This document shows, in pieces, positions 1 to 13,372 of a stretch of DNA of 64,000 nt. The notes under the pieces were generated by a model. That model saw only the letters and a list, made by a program, of their open reading frames with translations. It did no database searches and was not told the origin of the DNA. The translations under genes and the position numbers were made by a program. Location: NCBI GenBank assembly GCA_037379345.1, contig CM074516.1, forward strand, positions 6,014,001 through 6,078,000, written 5' to 3'. The DNA is from Perna viridis. Taxonomy: Eukaryota. How positions within the stretch are numbered: position 1 is the first letter of the stretch; every line of letters begins with the position of its first letter.

Positions 1-738
1 AACTTCAGAGGTCACTAAATATATTTTAGGGTTTGAAAATTTAGAATAATGCATATGCTGATTTACAGCCTACATTAGGGTTGGTACATGTACTTGTCTC
101 ATGTCAGTTCAACTTGCAAGTTAATTACTATGAACCACATAGTAAAATAAAAAGTATTATGCACAGTTAAATTATACTGGTTCATTTAATATCTTCTTCC
201 TAACATTGAGTCAGTTCTGATTACTCAAATGTATGTATATTCTCTTTCATACTAAATGCTGCAAAAAAAATGCATACAATCTTTTCATCTCTATATGGTG
301 TCTGTTTGAAGTTAAAAAAATCATTCCAAAAATACTTTAAAATTTGAACTTACATGTAACTACTACATGCAGGAACTAGGAAGAAATTATATGCCTTATC
401 TCTACATGTATAATGCAGCACTTGAAAATATTTTCAAATGATACATGTATTTATAAGTAGGGCTGAGAACTAAGTACATTTTGATGTCATGTATTAAATA
501 TTTATATGTTGCATGAAAGTTTTCATAAAAATCAAAGAAATATCTAAAGTTCACATTCATATTTATTATTCTGATATACAAAATGACCCAAGTTTTCCCT
601 GCAGAGCACACATATCAAACATCAGTTTATCTAAAGTCATAACTGTTTATTTATAAGACATTTTATGTTTATGATTATTTATGTGATTCAGATATGAATA
701 TGATTGATTGTTTATAAATAATCATCTTTAATCTGTAG

Positions 739-792
739 ATGCCATCACAAAAAGTTTGTCACTCGGAGGGCTTCTGTACCAAAATATGTTCG
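739..792 (+). CDS. Candidate 54-nt internal exon (xCHHKKFVTRRASVPKYVR)
   Basis: ctgtag| acceptor and CG|GTAAAA donor; length a multiple of 3; phase 2/2 reading is compatible with the 13373 acceptor; more GC-rich than flanks. Confidence 0.45.
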
Positions 793-1864
793 GTAAAACT
801 TTGATATATTTTCTTCTTTGGATGGGATAATGCTTACCCTTTATGCCATTTGGTTTCATTGGTGAAGGACTAAACTCCCTAAGCTACAGTATTACAAAAT
901 TTATTAAATTGGTCAATGCATGCTGGATGCGAGGGCTATAAAATTGCATGTTATGGTCAAAGGGGAATAACTCTAATTGCAATAATGAAAAACTCAGTGC
1001 AGTGAATCACTCATTGTCGCACTTGAATATGATTCCTCAGACAACAAAACATAAGTGTTTCTAGACAATTAATTATACTTAGATGTTTATATTCCTTTGT
1101 GTCTGTTTTGCTGTTGTTTTCACAGGAACTGTAAATTGATGGGTACATGATTTTTGTGAGATATGATATTAGGATGGAAGGGTTAAACAATTAGCATAAT
1201 TAGGGAGAGGGTTATTTGAGGTGTATCTATTCATTAGAGGTATTAGTTTTTGGCACAGCATTCCATCACAACAACTAAAGGATGTTTCTTACTGTAGATA
1301 TTATTTACATGGCCAAATAAGAAAAGTTAAATGACTCACCAACCCTTGTAGTTGCTGGTTATTTATTATGTTCTTGTAATTAATTAAGAGTAGTTTGAGC
1401 ATGCATTTGGATATTGTTCCAAATAAATCAGCAGCTTTACCATTTTCCATTGCTTTACTACATGATATTTCATATTTCAAGCAACTTGATGCTAAAACAT
1501 ATTTAGAAAAATTCCTTTTACAATGTTTATACTTCCAGTCAATTGTTGCAGTGTTTATTTTGAATGTTTCTGTCTCCACGTAAAAAAAAATTCTTATTCT
1601 GTTTATCTTTACAAATGTGCAGGTATTTGTTTTTTTCCCTAAATTTATTTAAGTAAGCCACAACGATATTTAATGAAACTTGTCCACATTCATGCCTTAT
1701 TTGATAGACAGATGTATTGGCTATAGTTAACCTAAGTTTTGATCGAGGATGAAAATGGGAAAGGATTCTTAGAATTTGACATGATTTGTTAAATGTGTAA
1801 TTTTGAAAAAGGCTGTGATTTAATAATTGTTATAAATAGCATGAAAGGGAAGGATCCATTTCTT

Positions 1865-1950
1865 TTTTTTGGCCTGAATTTCATCCCTATCAGATCAGTT
1901 TTATTTTTTGGACTGAATTTCATCCCTTTCAGAATTTTTTTTGTTTGGCC
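1865..1950. repeat. About 2.3 copies of a 39-bp tandem unit (ttttttggcctgaatttcatccctatcaga)
   Basis: Units at 1871 and 1910, partial unit near 1947. Confidence 0.8.
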
Positions 1951-2822
1951 TTATGATGTACTATATGTATAATATGAAACCATCCAGTATATATGTTCTT
2001 TTATTTAAAGCTTAGTACTTTCCTTTTGAAAGGCACAACTCTCCAGGGAAAAATATGGCTTATTTATTATTTACAAACCTAGCACATTCCTACACAATAT
2101 TAAATCTATAACATTTTACATTTTTATAGCAAAACTTTGTCGCAAAACATTATGGGAAAAGTAAAAAATACCAGTGAAATCCTGTGATGATCTTAGGATA
2201 CGGGTGTCGGAAGATTTAATGGATTCAAACAAATCAAGAATCGATGCAATATTTTCTGATTACTCATACTACATATTGATCTTTATACCCATTTCCAACT
2301 ATTCCTGTAAAATTTATAAACTGACGCAGATTCTCATAAATATCTATAACCATTATGTTGAATAATAGTTCTAAAGCATGGGAGAATGCTGAAAACTGGA
2401 AAATGAAATCCAATAGAGACAGGAGAGTTTGTCGTTAAACTCTATAGATATTCTACTCTGCTTAGAAATTGGCAAAATAAATCCAAATGTGAGACTTTTG
2501 GGATTACCTTTATGGACAATGTGGGTCAAAATGCTTTTTCTGTAAATTTGACTATTTCTATGAAAAATTGATGAGTCAGACAGAAAAAAAAATATTTCCA
2601 CCACTTTTTTGTCCAATTGCTAGTTTACTTTAAATCATCTTTGTGAAACAAAGCTCAAGATAATTTGTCTATTGTTAAGGTTTGACTTTCTGCCAATCTG
2701 TCTGTAAAAGATTGGAAATTCAGAAAGGAGGAAAGGAGAGGAAATTGTGAAACATCTATGAAAGTGTTCTCTATTGCTTATTTGTGTACTTGTATCCTTT
2801 ATATCTATTTTTACTTGACTCT

Positions 2823-3044
2823 GCTGCCTGGTCTTGCCCATATTCAGTGACCTTGGGTTGCTTGGTTTTGCATTTTTCCCTACGATACCTGTTGCCAGGT
2901 CATGACCACCTGCAGATTTTAACCAGTTGCCTAGTCTTGCAGCATTTTGGTAATGAACCCGTTGCCTGGTTTACTTAATTTCTATAACTTACTAGTTGCC
3001 TGGTCTTGCCCGATTTTAGTAACTGACCTGACTGCCTGATCTTG
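2823..3044. repeat. Seven-unit array, 34-35-bp period, conserved 15-nt core GTTGCCTGGTCTTGC with divergent spacers
   Basis: Cores at 2823, 2857, 2891, 2926, 2961, 2995 and 3030. Confidence 0.85.
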
Positions 3045-3296
3045 CCTACAACCTGTCAATCAATATTGCAATATTTGGATCAGATTGAATTAGTATTTTA
3101 ACCTTGTGTTACATACTTCAACATGAACTACATGTTTGGTGCTACATGAGACCACACAGTTTATCTTAATTTCTACAAAGTCATGTCTACTAAATATTGC
3201 ATAGGACCAGAGTAAATAGAAATCTTAAATTTGATCTTAGCTGAAAGCAAAATGTTTAAGATACCAGTAGTATACTTTGTCGTTCATTAAAGTCCA

Positions 3297-3370
3297 ATGG
3301 GTGGCCTTGGGCTGACATTTTCATCCTGGTGGGGTTGTTGTCTCTTTGTCATATGCACCATACCTATTCT
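3297..3370 (-). repeat. Interspersed repeat fragment; inverted copy at 18456-18529
   Basis: 74-bp reverse-complement match with a perfect 30-bp core (3297-3326 vs 18500-18529). Confidence 0.85.
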
Positions 3371-5221
3371 GTTATATTTGTAAAGTATGAACTTTATAGA
3401 AGTCTTTCCAAGATTGAAATGAGTTCTTATTCCTTTAGCCTACAACTGTCAAGTATCCTTCATACAATTTGACTGATAAACAGAAAATCAGAATTTTCTA
3501 AAGGTCAAAGAAAGATCATATCTACTTTTATAAATGGTTCAAAGAGTTCTGTGCTACCATTCTTCGTGTTTCTGATATGATTAACACATCAATTGATCAA
3601 GGACTGCTTTATACTTCTACAGGGAACAAATGAGCTAAAAAATTATAGAGCCCTAAATAAGTTATAGAATACTATATATATTTTTTACACTTAGCACTGA
3701 TCCATAAGAGCTGATCTCCAAGGAAGGGGTTGTTATACAAAAGTAGTTTGATAATGTCAGTTTATTCATTGATGTGAAATTGCTGTGATTAATGGGATTT
3801 CTGATATTCTGTAGTTTGATAAGCTCTTTTGTAAGGATAATTTTGGGAAGAAGTCAAATGGATTTGAAAAAACTTGAGTATAGATGATTTTTTGCAGAAA
3901 TAAAGAATTTTATATAAGTTTCTTTAAATTCTTTTCAGTTTAAGTGAGCTCCCTTTAAGATTTCTGCTTTTTTCTGTTTGAATACAATCTCCACATGACC
4001 AAGTGAAATTTAAATGGTTGAACTACTTGATTCTTTAATAATATTTAATAGAGTTATCTCCCTTAAAGGAGAGTAACCTTCCTTTACTAAGCTGGCTGTT
4101 CTTAGTACATGCAATTATGAAAGATTTGATGTGAATTAATTGTGACAATTTCATTATGTTGTGATAATCAGCTATATAGGTGGATTGATCAGTATGTTGT
4201 ATTAGCATACTTCTTTAACATAAGTCAGTGGGATTCAAGAAAGTTTTTATATTACTGCATACTTATCTACTGCACTTGAGGTAAGAACAATATTTTTAGA
4301 TATGATTTAAATTTATTTGCAATCATTAAATAAACATTGTTTTTTGTTTTTTTTATTTTGAAGAGTTCTTTCGTAAATAAGTACTTATTGTTTATACTGT
4401 AAATTAGATTTTTCTTTGAAAAATCGGTCTAGTAACTTTAAAGAGTTGAGGAATGGCTCTGTTATATATGGTAGGCAGAAAATAAGTAGGATGAAGCAAG
4501 AAAGTTAAAACATCATTTTAAAATCTAATAAAAGATTCACCTCAAGATAATGTAATCCCTTTGGTATTAAAGCTAGCAGTTAATTCTGCACTAATCTTAA
4601 AATGTATATAAAAAATACAGAACACAGCATTTTGGCAGAAATTCAGAACCTTCTCTATAAAATTCTAAGATTTGACCCAAACATAATGAGGTGTTGGTAT
4701 TTTGATTAAAGAGAAGACTAGACAGCAAAGATTAAATTAGAAATTGGTTTTTCTATAGTTATACTAACAGGTCAATATCATTGAATTAAGGAGCAGTGAT
4801 TCAAGGGAAGTAACTCTGCTCTTTGAGATTAACATATTAATGTATTGGGTGAAACTAAAATATGTATGATTTTTACAGTCTCTCATATACCAAATGAAAA
4901 CAAACTACTTTTAAAAGAGAACAATTATATATTCACTTTTGATGGAGTTATGGCCCCTATTGAAAAGTCATGGATTGTAAATTACATAAGTTGTTTAATT
5001 TTATGTTTTCTATAACTTTTGTTATTTGTCTAACTCATTAAAAGCTGATTTATCAGACTACTGCTAGGAAAAATTTAATACATTGTAATCAATCAAAAAA
5101 TAATTCTACAGGCCCTTGGTAGGGAGACAACTTCAAAATGAATGCTACTCTGACATTATGGTATTTTAATGAGCAGCTACTTATGAAGAATATATCTTGA
5201 TTCAATAAGCAGAAGCTTTAA

Positions 5222-5564
5222 GTGTAAGTATTTGTAAGAATCAGGCAAATTGGGGAAAATCGGAAACATGCATGTCAAAAATCCACCGATCTGACAATAT
5301 AATTTCATTCAAAGGGGCTTTCTCTATTTGATCTCTGAATCCACTGGATATGCTCAGAAATTTTTCAATAGAATGTTAGAAAAATTAGGCTTTAGACAGC
5401 CTCAGTGCCATTCACTGAAATTTTTACTTCATTTTCTAAAGTGATATGGAAAATCTTGTGTTTTTTTTCCATTGATAATAGCAGAGTCGAATAAAACTTT
5501 AAATGTGGTGTTTTTATTTCATACCATGTTTCACCGACTGCCTGATTCTTACAGAGACTGAAAC
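5222..5564 (+). mobile_element. MITE with TTAA target duplication (Kolobok/piggyBac-type target), copy 1
   Basis: Inverted repeat core TGTAAGAATCAGGCA (5233-5247 / 5539-5553), TTAA at 5218-5221 and 5565-5568, no ORF. Confidence 0.85.
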
Positions 5565-7488
5565 TTAAACAAAAAAAAGGAAGAAGTTGTAAAAAGTGAG
5601 GTAAAAAAACTAGTAATTAACAAGCGTTTTGGTTTTTAAGGTAATTTCAGCTCCATTAGTTGCGTCTGCTGAATGAATTTACACTAGTATTTGAAAGAAA
5701 AGTTTTTCATGTAGTTTTGGCAAACGCTTATACTATCCTTGGCAGAATTTCAGAAGTATACAAGCTTCTAGCAGTAAAAGTGAGGAAATTTATTATTTAA
5801 TTGAATGTAGGGTGCTTTTATCTTAATGTAATTACATCTAAAGTGTGACAGTGAAGAGCCTGTTATGTTGTTATACAGAAGAGGTTGAGAAAACTTCATT
5901 CTTGATAGATGATAGAAAAAAGGGGGGTGAGAAGAGAAGCAAAGTAAACTATCATTTGTGGTGAAATTGAGAAATGTGTAAAGGCCGTTAAATGATAGAA
6001 AAAGAGTGAAGTGTAGAATACCTTCCCAATAATTTTACGAAAAAGGGATGACAGGAAGTTATACATGTATTTTTTTAATAAAGGTAGCGGTAGCCATTTC
6101 TGTTAAAAAGGGGAAATACATAGACTGAAAAAAAAAATGATTGAAAATAAGACCAATTATTTCTTTACCTAAATTAACAAGGCAGTTTGTTGTACCACTA
6201 AAGAGCAGGGGTTAAATGACTTCATCATAAATTTTAATTGATTCCATATTTTCAAATTTTGTCATGATTTGAAAAATTGTTGCTAATAAATGTCAGTGCA
6301 TCATACACCTGGCTGTAAAATTTGCTAGTAATTATAGAGGTTGCTTTTAATTGATAATTAATTAATTAGTTAATTAAATTACTCATTCAAATATAGGTGA
6401 ATAAAAGTACAAAGTCCATTTTGCTGTCATGTCCCCTTCCCTGTCTGTAGGCCTGTCTGAGTCACTTATTTGTGTCTATATTTAATTGTCATTGTACCTT
6501 TAAGCTTGAAGTAATACTTGAAGCATTCCACAGCCTATGACATTTTTATTATACAATCTGGACACATTAAAACTGTGTTTCTGAATTCAATGACTGGAAT
6601 GTATCTGAGTGATTTTGAAATCAATATCTGGAATCAACCCCTCAAATAGCATGTGGTTTCTGAAAAATCTGCTGTTGCCATTAACCCTCAGCAAAAAAAC
6701 AAATTCCACTGAGAATCTTGACATAATGACTAGCAGTAGAAATATAATCTGATAAAATAAGTGTGAAAATTCACTGGAAATCATGACATTCTCCTGTTTC
6801 TGTCAATAAAAGACATAAAAAAAAAGAATGATTAAAATTCCCTATCAGCTGAGGTCAGGCTTTGTATTATGAGATAGAAAATTGAAATCAAAAGATCGTT
6901 AAAAATCATGACCTCATAATGGAAGATGATGCACGTAAGAACTAACTGGTTTCTTTGGATCAATATTAAAGTGATGTATCATTATTATAGCACCAAAGCA
7001 GACAAGTCCATTTCTACCCCAATTCTATGCTTTAATTTGTCAAAACCACAAATTTTCTCGTTCATGCTTCTCAATTTAAATTACAATTTCATCAGTTTTT
7101 TGTTGTCTTTAATTCAATTATGTACTAGAGTAAATGAATTCATTCAGCAGACCTAGCTGTGAAGGATGACTCATGTTTAAAAAAATAATGATTTTGAGGA
7201 GAATATTACTTCCCTTTGTTCTGTGACCAGAGATTACTGATATCTTTTCTTTTAGCATTCAGGTTTTATGCACTTATGTCCTATTATTCTGTTCATTAGT
7301 TTGTGTTAATTAAGGAATAGATTACGTCTCTAGAATGTTGATGCTGTAAAATGCGTAGATTGGATATTTTTTGGTTTTCCGTCATTCTGCAATTTGTGTT
7401 GATTTAATTTTAACGATGCCGATGATGTGATTTTTCATTAATGAATCAGCTGATTTGATTCCTTGTTGACATTAAAATTATATCAAGA

Positions 7489-7634
7489 ATGAGGACTAAT
7501 GGAGCATTTCTCCGTACGTCTTTCGACTCCTCACGGAGGCCTGTCAGGAGGGGCCCAAAAAATGAGGGTTCCAAAAGTGACGGGGAACAATACCATTATG
7601 GCCATTCTTATTGGAATACTTCATCCTCTTCAGG
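7489..7634 (+). CDS. NAV2: Probable alternative first coding exon of the navigator gene (MRTNGAFLRTSFDSSRRPVRRGPKNEGSKSDGEQYHYGHSYWNTSSSSG)
   Basis: ATG at 7489 after an in-frame TGA (7456), 48 open codons plus GG|GTAAGT (phase 2), joining 13373 as G-FDDSSS. Locally GC/CpG-rich, with no strong upstream polypyrimidine acceptor. Confidence 0.7.
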
Positions 7635-9769
7635 GTAAGTCAGATTTAATTAATTATTGTTGAAATTTAAGTGGGTTGTCAAATAGGTCATGGGTAAATG
7701 ATCCATCATTGCAGAGTAAGTAGGCCCTTGTTATTGAGGTCTTGAACTCAGGCAGAGATATTTTTGGGTAGGAAATGGTAAATTGTAGGTGAGGAAGTGA
7801 AGGGAGGTTCTTTTTGTTTGTTTACTTGAATGCAGTGCTTTTTAAGGTAGATACACTCAGACTAGAATAAAAGTTCAGATGTCACAGTATCAAGTTGGTT
7901 TAAAGAAAATAATCTTATCTTGGTAAGATGAGAAATAAACAAATTAAATTATTAATTGATGCCTTTAATATAAGAACTTTTACCCCTACAGGACTTTCGA
8001 TACCCAAAATATGAGGAATTTCCATATCTTCTCCTGTTGTTGAGAAAATTTTAAAAAGGGGCCCCCTTTACCACTTTTGTACCAATTTTTTGGCTGGTGG
8101 TTGGGACCAAGGTCCATTGGTCCATTACTTTACAAGAACCAAGTCTTGAAACAAATAGGGAGCATTTGGAGGTTCCTATAATTGATTTTGGAGTGTGTCT
8201 TAAGGCTGGAATCTAAGAAATTTTTTTTTGTTGGTATTATCAGTTTTTAAGTGATTTATTCCGAAACTTGCATCATTTAATCTTAAACAACACATTTTCA
8301 TGGTTGAAAAAAAAAAAAAACATACATAACCATATGGAACATGGTGTCAAACCAATGAGGATATTTTGAATTTGGGAATATTTATATCAGAACTAAAACC
8401 AGAATAATACATTTGGTTTCGTTGGGAGAAACTGACAAAAAAATTATCATTGTTTACATCTGTGAATGAGATTATACAAGCCATCGTGTTGTCTGTTGAA
8501 GATTTGATAACATGCTTTTTGTAGCACAATCAGATGAGGCAAATAGATAAGGCACTTGAAAACTTGAAAAAAGTGATGTTTGTAAACAGAAGTTTTTTTT
8601 TTTTAAAATCAGCCAATGGAAAGATGGATTTCAGTTTGAATTTGAAGTAAAGTTTTGAAAATGGTGGGGGAGGGTGTCATGTTGCAAATTGTGCCATCAT
8701 GTGTTCATTATTAGTTTGGTATGAAGGAACTTGCCTTATTACAATGACATTCGATTGTTGTCATGGACAACCAGTTTTACTATTTCTGTAAAACATTCCT
8801 TATTCTTGAACATCTTGTACAATCCTGATCTTGGTGCTGAATCTTTGTTAGATAAAATATTTGTCATGACTGAAGTTGTAATTTCTCCATATACCATACT
8901 TTAGCTATAAAAACTGTCCTGTTTTACGAGCACCTTACATGCTTAGCCATGAGCTGTCATCCTCAAAGTCACATTAAACTTTAGCAGCAGACGATTTTGG
9001 AGGACATTTTGGATAATAGCAGAAGTCTTTTTTTAATTCAGTTACATAACAATGGCAGGATTGATTTTTTAGGTGACAACAACACAACTAAGCATCTGTT
9101 GGAAGGATAAATTGATATTTAAGTCCAAGTCTTTCTAAAAATTAGGCAGACGGTCAAACCTGCCATTAAAATCCAACAAATCATAACAGGACATGTTTTG
9201 TTATTTGTACCATGGAAATAAGATTTTTGTGAAATTCTGTGATATTTGAATTAAATTGCAGTATAGTTGCATATTTCAGGAGTAGATATCTGTAAGAATA
9301 TTACAATATTTCTTACGTGTAAAGGTGGTGATTCAGTGTACCCACTTTAGCTATTTTCACAGTAGATTACTAAGCGTGAAAAAATGCACCTGAGAAATTG
9401 ATTTTTAACACTTTGAAAAGCTAATAATCTTCAAAAATCAAGAACATTTATATGCACAAATGTGTACTCTTGACAGTATCTTAAAAAAAAAATAGTATTT
9501 TGGAATAAATTGAAAAAATCCACATGCAGTATTGAAAAAATTAAGCTGTGTTCTGTTCCAGTATTGAAGACTACTTCATTTATTTACCATGTCATGTTTT
9601 ATTTCAAGTTTTACCTGGTTCTTAGGAAAACTGATACTTGAAATAAATGATCCCTCTGTGTAAAATATGAGTAAGCTTAAGCTTAAAGGGTGTCACTTCC
9701 TTTGTTCAGAAACAATTGCGAAGAAAATTGTCTTTGCATTCTTAATTTTTTGTCTTTTATCAATTTTAC

Positions 9770-9804
9770 ATGGAAATTGGATGGAAATTTGAATTCAGTA
9801 TTGT
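9770..9804 (+). CDS. Candidate short alternative first exon (MEIGWKFEFSIV)
   Basis: acATGG start, 11 codons plus GT|GTAAGT, phase 2, in frame with 13373. Confidence 0.35.
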
Positions 9805-11163
9805 GTAAGTTTTTTATTCATATTTTATTTTTGAAATGATTTTATGGATTTTCATTAATTTATTTTGATATTTCTGGCTTTAAAGTGACAAAAATAGCCT
9901 TTAATACCATGGATTTTTCTAAATTTAATTGATATATTAAAGACAAGTTTCTTGGAGTGATTTGGTTTTCTTGTCCAGGCTATAGTCTTCACACTAAAAA
10001 CATCACTATGAGTATCATGAATGCACTTAAGGTAGTAAAATGTGCATTAAAGTTAAAAAAAAAATGTATTGATAGTTTTATCAGAAAATTAAGATATCTG
10101 CCCATCAAACTTTGACAGTTTTACTTTGAAGTCTACACCTCTACCATTAAGACCTCTCATCATTTCAGCAAGTAGCTTTCTAAATACAATAAACTTGTGT
10201 TATCATTAAGTCTGATAAACTTCAGATGTATCAGTAATCAAGCACACCCTGACTGTTCTGTTGAGTAGTTAGAGTGCACCTCAGCTGTGTTTACCTGTGT
10301 ATAGATTTATCTTGTTGATATTTTTAGGTCTGTTGCCAGAAACCTCAATATGAGGATCAAAACATGTGCACTTAACCTTAAGTATTTTTTTCTTGTTAAT
10401 TTTCTGCTTTCATTGTTTTTTTTTTATGTAAGAACAATTCAAAATTGTTTCTAGCTGCAAGTGCTCGGAAGAGGTTCATACTACAGCCAATCATTTACAT
10501 TTTGATACCAAGTCACCTAGATCCCAAAACTTCAAATACATGCAATTTCATGTAATAATTTGGATTTTTTTTATACCAATTAATAAAGATGTCTTTTAAC
10601 TACAAAGTGAAATACATGATACAGTTAAAGACCATTTTTCATGTTATGCTTATCTTAACATGAAATCTTCCTAAATTAAGATCCTGTTACAGATCAAAAG
10701 TTGACTTTCCCTATGGGCTCATATCAGGTGATTTCTGTGAAAAAATCTTGTTATTTGCCATTTTTAACCCACTGATAATGTTGCAAAAATGCCCTGAAGT
10801 CTTTATGACTACAGACCTGTGATTTTGACATGTATTTTTTTGATGAATTGAGATTTTGTGATGTGACAAGCTGTTGTAATTGTATTTTAATGTTTATTTT
10901 GAAATTTTCTACCAATTAGTCAGTTGTGTATTCACTTTTATGGAACTATGAAGTGGACTTCTGCTCGAAAGAAATTAGGGTAAAGTTTGTTATTGAATTA
11001 CTTATTGAAAATGATGAATAGATATTTTTGTGACTACATGTAGTTGCAAATTTTATTGAATATGTTTTATAGTGCAGATCAAAGGAACAAAACATTGACA
11101 ATTGTATCATGTGATTTTGATGTAAAACAATTTGTAACAAGTGCCTACTGTATCTTAATTGAA

Positions 11164-11362
11164 CAGGTGCATATATTTTTTTTTTTTTTGGGGGGGGGGG
11201 AGGGGGGCAGTGCAGCCCCTCAGTTCTTTTTGTATTTAATCTTGTTTGTTACTACTTCTACCCCCAAAATTTTCTAGCCTCACTTTGCTCAACCTTTATT
11301 TCTATTTTAGGCACCAACCCCAGTTCCTCCCCCAAAATGAAATCTCGGATCCTCCACCCCAG
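11164..11362. mobile_element. Probable decayed MITE with G-run / C-run interior ending ...GGATCCTCCACCCC
   Basis: GC-skewed block (poly-G 11190-11207, C-runs at the right end) resembling the GGCGGATCC...GGATCCGCC element layout; recognised from memory only. Confidence 0.3.
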
Positions 11363-11614
11363 TTTAAGTTGTTTGATAAATTTGTTTTGATTTAAGTACC
11401 ATTTAAGAAGTATTGATCTGCACCCATACTAAGTGCATATCATTAGATCTAATTTTACAATCTAAATCAAAAGCTGCTGTAGGGCAATGCATTTACTTGA
11501 TTAAATCTATTCAGTGCCAAAAAGTACATGTAAACACCAACACAGAAACTGTATAAACCCATCTAATCCAATGAACAGTATTGTCAGTTAGTGCCTCCGT
11601 CAATTTTTCCCTTT

Positions 11615-11805
11615 TTTTCTATCCATCCCTTTGTGCATTTGTCCTTCTCTCCATCCATCCCTTTGTCCATCAGTCTTTCCATTCATCCATCCCTTTATCC
11701 ATCAGTCCCTCTGCCTATTCATCTCTCTGTCCATCCATCTCTTTGTCCATCACTCCCTCTGTCTGGCCACTCCTCTGTTCATCCATCCATCTGTTTATAT
11801 ATCCA
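11615..11805. repeat. Decayed (CCAT/CTGT)n pyrimidine-rich microsatellite
   Basis: Repeated tccatccatc / tctgtcc motifs; source of three overlapping spurious ORFs. Confidence 0.8.
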
Positions 11806-11949
11806 ATGATAAATTAACAAATGATTTGATGAATTGTAATCATTATTTGATGGGAGCTCCATTTCTTTTTTTGTGGTTTTCTAATTTTTCGCTATTGAGT
11901 TATTGAGGTTGCAACTCCCAACTAGTCCAGTTAAATCATACACTTAATC

Positions 11950-12160
11950 TTATCTATGCAGAAGGGGACATACCAGTATCTGTTTGTCCTTGAGTCAATG
12001 CATCTGTCCGCTGGGTCACACTTGTGGATGCAACGGCTTGGAAACGACTGTACAGATTTTGTTCAAATTTTGTAGGATTGTCACCATTTGTAGTTTATTG
12101 TATTGCATTTCAACTTTTTTGTGATGACAGAGGACATATGGCTATGATTTGCTTATTTCT
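11950..12160 (+). mobile_element. Helentron-associated (HINE-like) element remnant
   Basis: ...aaggggacata...ctgtttgtcc...ctgtccg...gtcacacttgtggatgcaac...cagattttgttcaaattttgtagg layout, typical of such elements in molluscs; recognised from memory. Confidence 0.4.
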
Positions 12161-12480
12161 TTTAAAATTGCGAAAATAATCCATTGACTTAAACCTAAGT
12201 ATTAGCAAATGTCCTCAGCCAGTGACTATCAACATGCAATTTACTTAGGAATTACAGGCTCATACCTTGTGTCTTTCTTGATGTATTTTCTTTCCTGTCA
12301 AGTTGGAAAATATAAATAGCCCACAGAATATTCTGACTTTGGAAGACTTTATAATGAGGTGTCTAGTTCCTATTGTTATTAGTATGATTAATGGTTTGTC
12401 TCTAGATTTTCCATCTCTTCAGACAATTTCTCTAAGGATTCATGAATCATTGATACATATTGCAGATATTTTTTTAATAT

Positions 12481-12493
12481 GTTGCCTAGCAAC
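12481..12493. promoter_or_regulatory. RFX X-box-like palindrome GTTGCCTAGCAAC
   Basis: Fits the RFX consensus GTNRCC-N(0-3)-RGYAAC; motif match only. Confidence 0.35.
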
Positions 12494-12705
12494 TTTTGCA
12501 TTGGGAGAGAAAACACTGAGAAAATGGCAGCATGTAATCTTCTTGTCAGGTCATTTATTAATGTCAAAGTATACAAGAGTTAGTTCCCTTTGACCTATTT
12601 TAGAACATTTTTTAATAAAAGTTTTTGTTAAGTGTTTACAATGTAAATATTATGGTGTTTATGGTTTATAATTTTTTAAAGAAATTTATTAAATTGTGAG
12701 TCAGT

Positions 12706-12728
12706 ATGTTCATTTTTGAGATATGCCG
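12706..12728 (+). CDS. Candidate short alternative first exon (MFIFEICR)
   Basis: ATG, 7 codons plus CG|GTAAGC, phase 2, in frame with 13373; TGAGTCA at 12697-12703 and an X-box at 12481 lie upstream. Confidence 0.35.
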
Positions 12729-13372
12729 GTAAGCATTTGAAATTTTGATGGGAAAAGGATTTCTTATGAATTTCCATAGGTTTTGTCTTCGTAGGTTTAT
12801 CTATTAAAACCCTGAAGAAATAACTAGGATTTCATGAAAAATATAACATTTTAAGGTGTGTTTAACAAAAGTGGGGGGGGGGGGGGTCTTTTATGCTAAG
12901 AAATGGATAAAAGCAGAGGAGTCCAAAAATCTAACAAATAACTCAAGATGAGCAGCCAGTATCCTGAAGGTACATAGTGCATGTTAAAATGGTGATAATG
13001 TTGGTTTAGAGAACTAGATGGATATCTAAAATAATATGAAAATCATAAATAACCATAAATAAGGACATATTCAGTGAACAGAATTGACAAATTAAACCTT
13101 TATTGAATTTTACCTAAAAAATTGAGCAATAATTTGGCGTGCTAAGCTTTTTAATAACTTGTAGTAATACATGAAAAGTTACTTGTATCTGAATCTGAAA
13201 GTTTTCATTTGATTTCTTTTTGCTTAAGACGACTTACTGGTATTTGTTTATTAGTTATTGGAAGATTTTCCCCTCAAGGCCATTAGGGCTTAGCTAAAAA
13301 AATGTGTCAACACTAAACCGAAGCCATATTGCATTGTTAATTTACATTGTTTTTTTTTCTCTTTTTTTCCAG

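Noticed and set aside
2823-3044. True CRISPR array
   Set aside because: Core is only 15 nt and degenerate, spacers are ~20 nt and faintly related, and there is no leader or cas gene. Kept only as a motif array.
4229-4286. Strong donor GAG|GTAAGA at 4280/4281 as another coding first exon
   Set aside because: No in-frame ATG after the upstream stop in the phase-2 frame; at most a non-coding exon, unsupported.
11581-11906. Three overlapping Ser/Pro/His/Leu-rich ORFs
   Set aside because: Translations of a decayed CCAT/CTGT microsatellite.
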